Source: Hypanus sabinus (Eukaryota). Taken from it: DNA of 64,000 nucleotides. Of this stretch, positions 1 through 13,800 are shown piece after piece (within the stretch, counting starts at the first letter, position 1; every line of letters begins with the position of its first letter). Both the position numbers and the translations under genes were made by a program. The notes beneath the pieces were generated by a model that was given only the letters and a program-made list of their open reading frames with translations, did not search any database and was not told the origin of the DNA. Location: positions 133,920,001 to 133,984,000 of the forward strand of contig NC_082707.1 in NCBI RefSeq assembly GCF_030144855.1, given 5' to 3'.

Positions 1-608
1 TCCAAAGCTGCAAACCTCCCTTAGTTTCTTTTACCTCTTCCTTGTGAAAATATGTCAGTGACAGTTTCATATTGTCACCTCACTTATTCTAGTCAGCAGG
101 AGCCAGTGGAAAGTATTGGATTGATTTCCTTTAAGATATTTACAACATATGTCTTCTCTACTTTTTTGTTTCTCTTGCATTTTAGCTGGCATGTTCTTCA
201 ATTTAGTACAGCATTCTATCTCCATCTAGTGGCCCTTCTCAAACATTTTACACCTTCAGTCATACCTTAAAATTGCTACTACTATTTTTAATCCTGCCTC
301 TCTTCAAGAATGCCTCAAGCTCAGGTCCATTTCTAAAGGTGCTCATGTTCTTCAAGATGTTTGCTCAACTGGCCATTCATGTTCTAAACTAGCTGAAAAA
401 TGTAAGTAATTAAAGTACATGATTATTGAAACAGGTACTGGGTTAAAGATACAATTGTTGAACACATTCTTGTCATCAGAACTATCTTGTTTCTAGCAAC
501 CATAGGGACCATGGGCCATTTGTATTGCTCATCTTTGCTGCCTTTACTGGGGTCATTTGATTAACCAGATTCTCAGCGTTCAACTTGTGTGATTTACCTT
601 CAACCTAA

Positions 609-821
<213 letters not shown>

Positions 822-934
822 TAAAACAGTATTTCCTTTTTAACCTAGAAAATTTTTAAATCAAGACTTGTGTGGTTTTTGAATTAAATGATCACATCCC
901 TATAAAATCAAACAATTATTTACTTTGTATGCAG

Positions 935-1012
935 GCTGAGATGCATGGTACACTGACGTTTGTGCTGATTCCCAGTCAACAGACCAAGATTCCTCCTGCC
1001 AAGGAAATGGTG
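935..1012 (+). CDS. PALS1: PALS1 coding exon (PDZ end/linker)
   Basis: gcag| ... |gtaagt; 78 nt, AEMHGTLTFVLIPSQQTKIPPAKEMV; phase 0-0, in frame with neighbours. Confidence 0.95.
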
Positions 1013-1567
1013 GTAAGTGAGCTTTATGTAATATAGCTAAGAACCAAAGCATAACTAATCTGAATTATTTTAAACTTGTGTTGCAAGTTTTTCTTTTATC
1101 AAATAGATTTCTGTTTTAATGGTAGTAATCTTAATACATCTGTTCTTTTAAAGTAGTTGAATTAATTGAAATATGAATATTTGTGCCTTATGGATGTAAG
1201 GTAAAGTGCTTTTCTTCCACCTTTAGAGAACATTTACTGAGATCTTTCAAATGAAAAATTGGGACAATGCTTATATTTCTCCTTGGTTTATAATCAACAG
1301 TACAAACTGAATGTTTAAAAGCTGTAAATTGTGTAATTGATTTGTCAGTATGTTTGAGGTGCAGTTATTAAGAGCTGTGAATATATTTGCAGTGAAAAGT
1401 TCCTACTGAACTTTTTTATTTTAATTAACCCTTGGGAAAATATGCTATAAATGAGAACATAGATATAATAAAAATACTTGTGTAAAATCACGATTTGGAT
1501 CTCTAGCTCCCGACTCTGGTGCATTAGAATGGTAATCGATGATTTTTAATTTTTCATTGAAATGTAA

Positions 1568-1879
<312 letters not shown>

Positions 1880-2163
1880 TAAGAATAATCCACACAACCT
1901 TGTTAGCCAAACTTGTTGATCACAAAGTTGCTGACAGCTGTTTTACAGCTCTGCCGTGTGCTCCAAAATTCAAAACAATACAAGGTTCAATCCTTGGTCA
2001 CAACTCCTCTGAAAATTAAAGAAGGCAAGCTCATGGCCTTTTAATTCAAAAAGACTTTTAAATGTTTTCCAAAATTAAGATGTTCAGCTTTTTATGAAAA
2101 GCTTGACAGTTTTTGAAGCCTCCAAAACTGCTTTGAGTTTAAGTCTGCGGTATATTGTAATCC

Positions 2164-2356
2164 TGATGCACCATCAATAACTCTCGGAGACAGGAGGTGA
2201 ACGATAGGCTTTTATTAGCAGCAAAAGAGACCACGACGTCCTGGAGACTGAGGGAGGAGCAGTGCCTCCAATCGCCTTTATACAGGGGCCTGTGGGAGGA
2301 GCCACAGGAGCAGTCAGCAGGGGGCGTGTCCAGACAGATATACATAGTTTACCACA
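2164..2356 (-). mobile_element. solo LTR (193 bp) of an LTR retrotransposon
   Basis: TG...CA termini, perfect 5-bp TSD aatcc (2159-2163 / 2357-2361), TATAAA (2277-2282) and AATAAA (2211-2216) on minus strand. Confidence 0.85.
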
Positions 2357-3280
2357 AATCCACAATCATATTTCTTAGTGTTTGTGGGCCCATAATGTCC
2401 CTTTTTTCTGCCCATGTGACTCAATGATATTGATGCACAAACAGCAGAAATATCTTTCATTGTTTTTGCCAAGTTCATATCGAGAGATCAATGGTAAAGC
2501 TGTTGCCTTACAGCTGACTGACCATCCTCTTGTCCAGTATTATGTTTCTGAATATGTTCCTTGCTGTTTAAATGGTACTTTCTGAAAATAATTGATGGCT
2601 GACTTTGATCTCAATTTGTGTTAAGTTGCTACTGATTTTGAGAACTGTCCTGCATTTAGTCTTCCATTACAATAAATCTATTAAGTTTGTTGATATTATT
2701 TCATTATGGCAATATATTAATGTCATCTTTGTAATGAGGCCTTCATTTTAATATGTCACTGAAATAATTAATTTCTTAACAAGAGTGAACGTTGGTGGTT
2801 CTTTGTAAAGCTTGCCAAAAATTGAGGGCACTTCGTGCTCTACTTATTAGAGAGTTCAACTGAAATTTAATGATAAATCAAGAAGACTCATTATTTAATT
2901 TTATCTTAGTCAACTAAATACTTATAAATTTAAACTGGAAAACACTATTTTGACACCATATTTTGGGATATGCAGAATCTGTGTTCACTTTACACAGCTC
3001 AACTGCAAAGCAAACTGATTTTTTTTACTGCTCCTGCTTTACCAACAACATAGAAAAGGTGGTGTTTAAGACCATCCTTTCGGGCTGTAGAAAACTGACA
3101 GCTTTATTATGTTCACCTTTGTAGCCTCCAGCAAAGTTATGTCTTTTGCATGGTCAAAGGAAATAATAATTGACGTTACTTTTTGGATTAGACAAGCAAA
3201 TGAATTTTACGAATAATTTATAGTTAGCATTGCTTATTTTATTATCCATTCACAATCACGCATCTTATTATTTGTTGTAA

Positions 3281-3388
<108 letters not shown>

Positions 3389-3988
3389 TAAGTCTTCTAA
3401 GTTGGCTAAAATAATTTCAAGCCAAAGAAATTATATTTTTACAGTGAAAGTTATAAATTCAGATTTGAATTAAAAAGTGGTGCCACATACAATTTTCTTT
3501 TAAAACCTGATTGCTATCTGTAATATGACATCATTCAAGTGCATAAGGAGTAATATCTAGAATCAGCTACATCATGTAAAGCACAGACCACTTCCCATGA
3601 CATAAAAGTGAAATAATCCATGACACAGCACAGTCATCCCCCATGACTGACCTAAAATGAACAGCAGAAATGCACAAATGCACTCTAAAGACAATTTTTC
3701 AGGGTTATAAAAACTTGAGCATAAAATCCATTTAACTATTATTTCTATAATAAAGAACAATGTACCTAACAAAAAAGAGACTTCCTAAATGTGTTTGATA
3801 CTTGCTTTGTTCCTGCTCTAAGATTATAGTTTGGAGTTAGACATCAAAGCAACTGCCAGTTGGTTAATTTCCAATTTGCTAATTTTCACAATTTAAAAAT
3901 CTTTATTCTTAATAAATTTAGTCTGATACCCAGAATAGAGTACAATTCTGCTTTTATGACCAGAAATAATTGGAATGTTCACCACCTA

Positions 3989-5538
3989 CAGTGCCTGTAA
4001 AAAGTATTCACCACCCACCTCTCCCCTTGGAAGTTTTAATGTGTTACTGTTTTATAACGTTGAATTACAGTGGATTTAATTTGTCTTTTTTGACACTGGT
4101 CAACAGAAAAAGACTCATGTCAAAGTGAAAACAGATCTCGTCAAAGTGATCTAAATTACAAATATAAAACACAAAATAATTGTAAATATTCACCTCCTTC
4201 AAGTCAGTAGATGCAACTTTGGCAGCAATTACAGCCTTGAGTCTGTGTGGATGAATCATTAACAGTTTTGCACATCTGGATGCTGCAATTTTTCCCCATT
4301 CTTCCTTACAAAACTGCTCAAGCCCTGTCAGATTGCATGGGGATCGTGAGTCACAAAGTCTCAGTTGGGTTGAGGTTTGGACTCTGATTTGGCTCCAGGA
4401 CATTAACTTTGTTGTTTTTAAGCCATTCCTGTGTTGCTTTGGCTTTATGCATGGAGTCATTGTCTTGCTGGAAAAGATATCTTCTCCAAATTCACAGTTC
4501 TCTTGCAGATTGCATCAGTTTTTCTTCCAGGATTTCCTTGTATTTTGCTGCATTCATTTTACCCTGTACCTTCACAAGCCTTTCAGTGCCTGCTGCAGTG
4601 AAGCATCCCCACAGCATGATGTAGCCACCACCATGCTTCACAGTAGGGATAGTGTGTTTTTGATTAAGTGCGGTGTTTGGCTTATGCATTTAGTCTGTTA
4701 GTCAAAAAGCTCAATTTTGGTTTCATCAGACCATAGAACCTTCCAGCTGACTTCAGAGTCTCTCACATGCCTTCTGGTAAACTCCAGCTGAGATCTTTGA
4801 GTTTTTTTTCAACAGTGGCTTTCTCTTTGCCACTCTCACATAAAGCTGCAACTGTTGATGTACCCAGGCAACAGTTGTTGTATGCAGTCTCTCCCATCTC
4901 AGCCATCGAAGCTTGTATCTCCTCCAGAGTTGTCATAGTTCTCTTGGTGGCCTCCCTCACTAGTCCCTTTCTTATGCAGTCATTCAGTGTTTGAGGACAG
5001 CCTGCTCTAGCCAGATTTGCAGCTGTGCCATAATCCTACCATTTCTTGATGATTGACTCCAGGGGATATTCAGTGACTTGGAAATTTTCTTGTATCTATC
5101 TCCTGACTTGTGCTTTTCAATAACCTTTTTGCAGAATTGTCTTTTGTCTTCATGGTGTAGTTTTTACCAGAATACTGATTCAGCAGCTGTTGGACCTTCC
5201 AGATGCAGATGTATTTTTACTACAATCGATAGAAACACCTTGACTGCACACCAGTGAACTCTATTTAACTAATTATGTGGCTTCTAAAACCATTGGCTGC
5301 ACCAGTGATGATCTGATGTGTCATATTAAAGTGGGGGGGGGGGTGAATTCTTATGCAATCAGTTACTTTGTTTTATATTTGTAATTAATTTGTAGAGATC
5401 TGTTTTCACTTTGACACAAAAGAGTTTTATTGTTAATCAGTGTCAAAAAAGTCAAATTAAATTCGCTGTGATCCAGTGTTGTAAAATAATAAAATATGGT
5501 AACTTCCAAGGGGGTGTGAATACTTTTTATAGGCTCTG
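3989..5538 (-). mobile_element. Tc1 DNA transposon, Passport-like, degraded transposase
   Basis: TA TSDs; long IR/DR-type TIRs starting cagtgcctgtaaaaagtattcac; transposase remnants from ATG 5153 (MKTK...YKKISKSLNIP; REATKRTMTTLEEIQAS; PTVKHGGGYIMLWGCF; HPHRLKAVIAAK). Confidence 0.92.
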
Positions 5539-5904
5539 TATATGATTAGTGGAATCTTGCACAGTTATATTTGTGAATGCAATCTTGTTACTCCTAGACT
5601 TTTTTTGTTCTACTGCATTAGTTACTGTATAGACATCAATGATACACTGGGAGCATTTATCAAAACAGAGCTCGACTGATTGAAAGCTTAAATATATAGA
5701 GACTTTCTTAACTCTGAAGTGTGTATTGTGGAATATATTGTAGTTTTCATTTCATTTCCTTATTTTCATTTTAAAAAACAGCTATTGCTATTGAGCCTGG
5801 AGACTCAAGGTAGTATTCTACATTGTATACATATAATAAAAGCCAGATTTAAGGAAGTATACCCTAATTGGAATCTAGTAAATCATAATGTGGTACATTG
5901 GGTA

Positions 5905-8332
5905 TCAGTGGGTAGGCATCTTGGTCGAGGTTTGTGGCTGACAAGATCAATGCGAGAGTGCCAGTGTTTATTGCAAAGATCACATCTATAACTGGCCTCA
6001 GGTTGGCTGGAGAAGCAACATTCCTTTCTAAGGGCCTGTTTGTTTTCTGCTTTCAGGAATTTTTCCTCGCCTGACATAAGATGGTTTTTCAGGGTGCTTC
6101 ACCATCTGGTGCAGTTGGCTGCAAGTTCCTTGCAGGACATAACGTTGATATCCAGCAACTTCATGTCCTACTTGCAGATATTCTTGTAGTGCAGTTGGGG
6201 AATGCCAGCAGTTCTCTTGTCAGAAGCCAGCTCACATAGAGGATGGCTTTTGGGATGCAGCCGTCCTATGTGCAGCAGATGTGGCCCAGTCAACAAAGCC
6301 GATGCTGACTGAGCAGGGTGTACAGCCTAGGGATGCTGGCACAAGGGAGCACCTCAGTTTCAAATATTCTTTCTCCAGAAGGTGCTAGAGATATGACGAA
6401 GGCATCTTAAAAGAAGGATGTTGAGCCTTTTTTCCTGCTTAGCTTATGTTGTCCAGGTCTCACTACTGTTCAGCAGTGTGATGGTACCACAAGCTTTGCA
6501 CACTGTCATCTTTGTTTTGACTGAGAGTTTGGAGTTCTCCCAGATTCATATGGTGAAGCAGGTAAGAGTTGTTGCAGCCTTCCCAATGTGATTGTCGATT
6601 TCTGCATCCAAGGAGAAGTGATGATGGCCCCCAGCTATGTGAACTAATGAACAACATCCATTTTGTTGTTATCACTGGTAATGAGTGGTATTGCTTTCAC
6701 ATCTTGTCCCAAGAAATTTGTCTTTTTCAGGCTGATAGACCAAATTCATTGAAGAACTGGGAGAAGCGATCTATCAAGCTTTGGATGTGCTGCGGAGTGT
6801 GGGTTGCAACTGCTGTATCATCAGCAAACAGCGTGTTCTGGTTGTATTCTTGCACACTTTGGCTCTTAGGTGGACGATGTTTAAAAGACTGCCATCTGAT
6901 GTAGTGTGGAGGTGGATTCCCTCTTGCAGTGCCAAATGCATGCCTCGGGAGAAGGTCGAAGATCTCAAAGAGCTGCCATTGTACTGCATGGTTCCTACGC
7001 GTTGTGGAGGATTTGATCATGCTCTGTAGTCTTGGTGGGTAGTTTACCTTAGAGAGGATCTAAAAGAGCCCGTCACTGCTGAACAAGTTAAATGCCTTGG
7101 TGAGATCATTAAACACCTTGTAGAGGGGCTTCTCTGCACTTCTTCTGAAGTTGGTGGAGATGGAAAATCATGTCCACAGTTGACTTTACAGCATGGAAGC
7201 CATTCTTGAGATTCCGGTTAGACACATTCAGCCAACTTCTGCAGATGGACCAAAAAGACTCAGGCAAAGACTTTGTCAACATCATTCAAGAGGGAGATGC
7301 CCTGTAGTTGTTACAGTCACTCTTCTCACCTTTGTTTCAGACCAAGTTTCAACCCAAGGTTTCTTGGACACTCCAGATACGGTCATCAGCTGGACTTGAT
7401 CCTGGTCTGGCGCTCCTTCCTCAGCAATGTGCTTTTCACATGTTCCAACCATAGCACAAATTGTGACACAGACCACTTGCTGGTCTGTTACAAGATCATA
7501 CTGCAGTCAAAGAAATTCCATCGCGCTAAACAAGAAGGGAACCCTTGCATTCATGTCAGTAAGATGTCTTACCCAGACCTGCAGGACCAGTTTGATAAAT
7601 CCTTTGAGAAAGAAGCTCAATACCCAGAAGCTGGGCGCTCAAGCCCAGCAGTCTGGAAACTATCACAGAGAAAAAGGAACTAATGCAGAATACCATGTTC
7701 AGCACAGCTTTCGTTACCTTTTGGAAAGAAGATCTTGAAGCCAGATCCACCGAGGTGAACCTCGTCATTGAAGTCAAATGTGCTACCCTAGCAGAGTATA
7801 AGCATTCACCAACTGTAAGGAACCTATAGATCCTCAAGTCTGCTAGAAGTAAAGTTCAGCAGACCTTCGGGTGATGAGCCAACAAGTATTGGATCCAGCT
7901 CAGGAAAGACATCCGGATTACAGCACTAACGGGCAATATGAGGTGTATGTACAATGACCTCAAGAAAGCCCTTGTGGTCCCTCTCAGAGCAAGATGGTTC
8001 CTCTCAAATCCATCAATGGAGAAGTAATCATAGAAGGGCAAACTGTTGGAAAGATGAATAGAACGTTACTCTGACCTCTACTCCAAAGTGAACACCATCG
8101 CCACTTCAGCCCTAGATGCCACTGAGTGCCTCTCAACTATGGAAAAACTGGATACAGAGCCGAACCTACAGGAGCTCAGCAAACTGTCAACAGCTTGGTC
8201 TCATTAAGGAAGGCACCAGGCAATGATGGGATTACCCAGACCTGATCAAATACAACATGACTACCCTACTGCATCTGCTGGCAGAAAGGAGTTATACCAC
8301 AGGATATGAGGAATGCCAAGATCATTACATTG
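5905..8332 (-). mobile_element. RTE-clade LINE, 5'-truncated with inverted 5' segment
   Basis: minus part 5905-7338: NKGEKSDCNNYRGISLL, LFADD, C-terminal CDLCNKHWHSRIDLVSH; plus part 7335-8332: EN end (HQLDLIL...CDTDH), KAPGNDG, PQDMRNAKIITL; TSD tacattggRta. Confidence 0.88.
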
Positions 8333-8742
8333 GATAATACTTGTTGTAATATTATCGTACAGAATTAATATCATAATCAAATTATTACAGTTATTTTAGA
8401 TAAGAAACTTAATGGTTGTTATGTTAAAAGCTCAGTTGTAAGTTACCTTTTTAATGAAAACGGTGGATTCACATACTAACAGACTGAATTGACAAAACGT
8501 AAATTGTCAACAAAGAAATCCCAAGCTTCTAAAACCATTTGCTATCTTTGCAATAAACAGCAAAAGCCATTAGAAATAATGATTCTCGTGTTATATTATT
8601 TCTGCATTCTTCCTGGAAAATCATATTTCTAATTAAAGGATATGGATTTGCATGTATTGATAAAAATGACTAAAAACATATATAAATTCAGTCTACTGCC
8701 ATCAGTATAACAAACATACCAAGATGCTTCAGAGCTTCCATT

Positions 8743-8994
8743 TTAGGCATCCGTTAGTCTTGAGAGACCATGGATTTGTGCCTTGGAAAGTTGCCCATGC
8801 TGCAAGTCTCCCCTCTCCAATGTTGTCCAAGGGAAGGGCAAGGGCCAATACAGCTTGGCACCAGTGTCGTCGCAGAGCAATGTGTGGTTAAATGCCTTGC
8901 TCAAGGACACAACAGGCTGCCTTAGCTGAAGCTTGAACTAGCGACCTTCAGATCACTAGACCAATGCCTTAACCACTTGGCCACGCACCAACAC
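8743..8994 (-). mobile_element. tRNA-derived SINE with RTE-like tail
   Basis: minus-strand head with A box tggccaagtgg and B box gttcaagc; tail ccatggtctctcaagactaacggatgccta; imperfect TSD cagagct..att. Confidence 0.75.
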
Positions 8995-9708
8995 AGAGCT
9001 CTATTACCAAACCTAACTGGGCAGAATACTACACAAGAATCCATTAGGACAGGCAGAATGAGATTTATAATGAGGAATGATGAATGGAGAGTGTTTAAAA
9101 AAAGAATTTTAAAACTTGGACGCTTTACAGTTGGTGGAATGATGCAATGATTAAAATCAATGTTACATTAGAGACCTGTACTGAAGCAGAAATACAGATT
9201 GTAATCTGAGAAAATCCAAAGGTAGGGGGATCAAGACAAAGAAAGATCTGAGGATAAAATTAAGATTTTTTAAAACAAAGCTGATCTTGTTTGGCTTTGG
9301 AGCATGATGCTGATGGGTGAGAGATTTGGTTAATATTTGAATCCAGGCAGCAACCACACTAGGATAAATTGAATTTACAGAGGGATTAGAGGTTTCTAAT
9401 ATTTCAAGTTGTGTTCTGGAATGTAGTACCAGATTGGGTAGTGGAAATATTTGCAATTGTAATTTTCTGAGGGAAATGATTAATTACTTGATGTAAAACA
9501 TTTGCAAGCTTATGTGGGAAAAGATCAAAGATTGGAATGAATAATGAACAAAAGAAGGCTTCCTTCTGTGCTGTTTGTTCTGTGATCACAAGATTGCATT
9601 TAGTTTTCACTGGTGTGAGACTCTCCTTGTTTAAAAAAAATTGTTTTAATTCCTACCTTACTTCGCTAAAATGTGACTGTATATCATATGGTTAAAAGTT
9701 GATTTTGA

Positions 9709-9831
<123 letters not shown>

Positions 9832-10899
9832 TAAAATTGTACAGCTTTAATTTGAGGAATTTCATATGTGAAGTATAACCAACAAATATATTTAAAGATG
9901 GATAACTTTGCTTCTCAAGCATGTTTAATATGTGTAAAGTACACACATGCTAATCTTCTGCAATTAACATGTCAATCAGGCTGTTAAGCAATTCATTGAA
10001 TTTTCACAGAAGACTGCAGATAATTTACCATGCACTTCACTTATGGCTAATTACACAGCTGCCAGTGGTCCAGATAGACCTTGTTTCCCTCGCCTTCACA
10101 CTTATGGTTATGATTCTGGCCCTTTAGTACTTTAAGCAGAAACTGCTCTTCCAGTTTATCAAGGGTAATTTGCACAATGCACTGAAGAACTCAGTTAGCA
10201 TCTGGGCTTGGTTAGCAGAGAGAGGGTGTGAACAGATATGAATTTTTTTTAAAATTGCAGATACAGAAACAAAAATAGAAAATGCTGGAAATATTGAGTA
10301 ATATCAGGCAGACTCTGGAATGAGACGATATTTAAAGTTAGAACAACAGTCTAATGTATTGGATGGCAGGAAATGTATACAAGAATGATAATGGAAGTAA
10401 CAAAGAACTGAAGAAGGAAAGTCAGTTGATACTATGGAGGTTAAGGTGAGAATGATGGACACTAGAGTTGGGCAGAAGGTATCATTTTCAATATGAAAAT
10501 ATAATCACGTTACAAAATGTGGTTTGAACTTTCATGTTTAATTCTATCTGTTAACTTGCCAAGTAAAAGCATGCTGAGTATGCATAGTTGAAGTTGCAAA
10601 GTGTGTACAGGTATGTGGCAAATAAAATAGCTATTTCAGTTTTTAATTGGCAGTCTTCTTTAGAATTATCAACTTTATTGAAACAGTTGCTGACTTTTTG
10701 AAATATGTGATTCAACGTGGAGAATTGCAGTGAGAAATTTGTTGATTTCTTCTGACATAAACTTGAAAAGATCCTCAAAGGATGAGTAGTATTTTGATGA
10801 AACTTGGTAGAATAAGGTCCATTGTACAGAATTGTTCATCATTAGGGCTGGCTGGTATTCTGTGGGAAGAATGTCCTTTTGTGCCACAGCAGCTAGCAT

Positions 10900-13800
10900 A
10901 TCAAGGAACAACTGTGCAGGTGCATGAATGTCAGCGAGTTAGGCTGGCGGGAAGAGTATAAAAGGAAATCACTTTTTCTTCAGCGGTTTGATCAAGGAAC
11001 GACTGGGCAGGCATGTGGATGTCAACAAGGTAGACCGGTGGGAAGGGTATAAAAAGAAGACAGCTTTACAGAGCAGGTGTCGGAGTCGAGGGAGTCAGAG
11101 TAGGAGGGCTTTGGCAATAATGAGGTGAGGTAACTTACTTGGGAAGAATAGGAATAGGAAGTATGTCTGACGCTGGTGTTTTATACTGGGTGTCAGATGT
11201 GGGATGTCTGGGAGATTCTCAGCCTCCCAGATGGCCACATCTGCACCAGATGCTTCAAGCTGCAGCTCCTTAGGGACCGTTTTAGGGAACTGGAGATGTG
11301 GCTTAATGACCTTTGTCTGGTCAGGGAAGGTGAGAGGGTGATAGAGAAGAGTTTTAAGCAAGCAGTCACACCAGGGCCACAGGAGACAGATGAGTGGGTA
11401 ACAGTCAGGAGAGGGAAGGGCAAGAGTCAGATACTAGAGAGTACCCCTGTGGCTGGCCCTCTTAACAATAAGTACTCCTGTTTGAGTACTGTTGGAAGGT
11501 CAACCTACCTGGGGGAAGCAACAGTGGCGGTGCCTCTGGCACAGAGTCTGGCCCTGTGGCTCAGAAGGGTAGGGAAAGGGAGGATGGCAACAGTGATAGG
11601 GGCCTCTATAGTTAGGGAGTCAGACAGGCGATTCTGTGGACGCAGGAAAGAAACATGGATGGTAGTTTGCCTCCCAGGTGCCAGGGTCTGGGATGTTTCT
11701 AATTGTGTCCACGGCATCCTGAAGTGGGAAGGTGAACAGCCCGAGGTCATGGTGCATATTGGTACCAACAACATAGGTAAGAAAAGGGAGGAGGTCCTGA
11801 AACAGACGACAGGGAGCTAGAAAGAAAGTTGAAAAGCAGGATCTCAAAGGTTAGTCGTCTTGGGATTATTGCCTGTGCCATGCGACAGTGAGTGTAGGAA
11901 TAGACTAAGGCGGAGGATAAATGTGTAGCTGAGGGATTGGAGCGGGGGCAGGGATTCAGATTTCTGGATCATTGGGACCTCTTTTGGGGCAGGAGTGACC
12001 TGTACAAAAAGAATGGGTTGCACTTGAATCCAGGGGGGACCAATGTCCTGGCAGGGAGGTTTGCTAAGGCTATTGGGGAGAGTTTAAACTAGAATCGCTG
12101 GGGGTGTGGAAGCCAAACTGAAGGGACGGAGGAAGGGGCGGTTGGCTCACAAATCGAGAACGCTTGTAGACAGTGTGAGAGGGAGGATAGGCAGGTGACA
12201 GAGAAAGGATATGCTCAGAATGATGGTTAGAAATGTGTCTATTTTAATGCAGGGAGTACCGTGAACAAAGCAGATGAGCTTAGAGCGTGGATCAGTACTT
12301 GGAACAATGATGTGGCCATTACAGAGACTTGGATGGCTCAGGGGCAGGAATGGCTACCAGGTGCCAGACTTTAGATGTTTCAGAAAGGGTAGGGAGGGAG
12401 GCAAAAGAGGTGGGGGTGTGACACTACTGTTCATGGATAGTGTCATGGCTACAGAAAAGGAGTAAGTCATGGAGGGATTGTCTACTGAGTCCCTGGGTGG
12501 AAGTTAGGAACAGGAAGGGGTCATTAACACGAGGTATTTTTTATAGACCACCTAGTAGTAACAGGGACATTGAGGAGCAGATAGGGAGACAGATTCTGGA
12601 AAGCTGCAATAATAACAGGGTTGTTGTGGTGGGAAGATTTCAATTTCCTCAATATTGATTGGCATCTTCCTAAAACAAGGGGTTTAGATGGGATGGAGTT
12701 GGTTAGGTGTGTTCAGGAAAGTTTCCTGACACGATATGTACAAACCCCATTTCCAGAAAAGTTGGGATATTTTCCAAAATGCAATAAAAACAAAAATCTG
12801 TGATTGGTTAATTCACGTGAACCTTTATTTAACTGACAAAAGTACAAAGAAAAGATCTTCAATAGTTTTACTGACCAACTTAATTGTAGTTTGTAAATGT
12901 ATACAAATTTTGAATTTGATGGCTGCAACACACTCAAGAAAACTTGGGACAGAGGCATGTTTACCATTGTATTACATCACCTTTCCTTTTAATAACAATT
13001 TTTAATCGTTTTGGAACTGAGGATACTAATTGTAGTAGATTTGCAATTGGAAATTTTGTCCATTCTTGCTTGTTATAAGACTTCAGCAGCTCAACAGTCT
13101 GTGGTCTCAGTTGTCTGATTCTCCTCTTCATGATGCGCCTTACATTTTCAATAGGAGATAGATCTGGACTGGCAGCAGGCCAGTCAAACACATGCACTCT
13201 GTGTCTACAAAGCCATGCTGTTGTAGCCCGTGCAGAATGTGGTCTGGCATTGTCCTGCTGAAATAAGCATGGACGTCCTGGGAAGAGACGTTGCCTTGAT
13301 GGCAACATGTGTCTCTCTAAAATCCTAATATACACCTCAGAGTCAATGGTACTTTCACATACATGCAACTCACCCATGCCGTGGGCACTGATGCATCCCC
13401 ATACCATCACAGATGCTGGCTTTTGCACCTTCCGCTGATAACAGTCAGGATGGTCGTTTTCATCTTTGGCACGGAGAACTCGACGCCTGTTTTTCCGAAA
13501 ACTAGCTGGAATGTGGACTCATCTGACCACAGCACATGGTTCCACAGACTTTCGGCCCATCTGAGATGAGCTTGGGCCCAGAGAACTCACCGGCATTTCT
13601 GCATAGAGTTGATGTATGGCTTCCTCCTTGTGTAATACAGTTTCAAGTTGCATTTCTGGATGCAGCAACGGACTGTGTTAAGTGACAATGGTTTTTTCAA
13701 AGTACTCCCGAGCCCAGGTGGCTATAATTGTCACAGTAGCATGACGGTTTCTTAGGCAGTGCCGCCTGAGGGCTTGAAGATCATGCACATTCAATAGTGG

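Noticed and set aside
8925-8994. tRNA gene
   Set aside because: A/B boxes belong to a SINE head followed by SINE body, RTE-like tail and TSD; no proper acceptor stem
10262-10330. Further hammerhead-bearing copies (also ~59490-59560)
   Set aside because: Only old, degenerate arm relics; no core motif or TSD can be supported
11176-11820. Domesticated SGNH esterase gene
   Set aside because: Frameshifted CR1 ORF1, present in several decayed copies; esterase-type ORF1 is an established CR1/L2 feature
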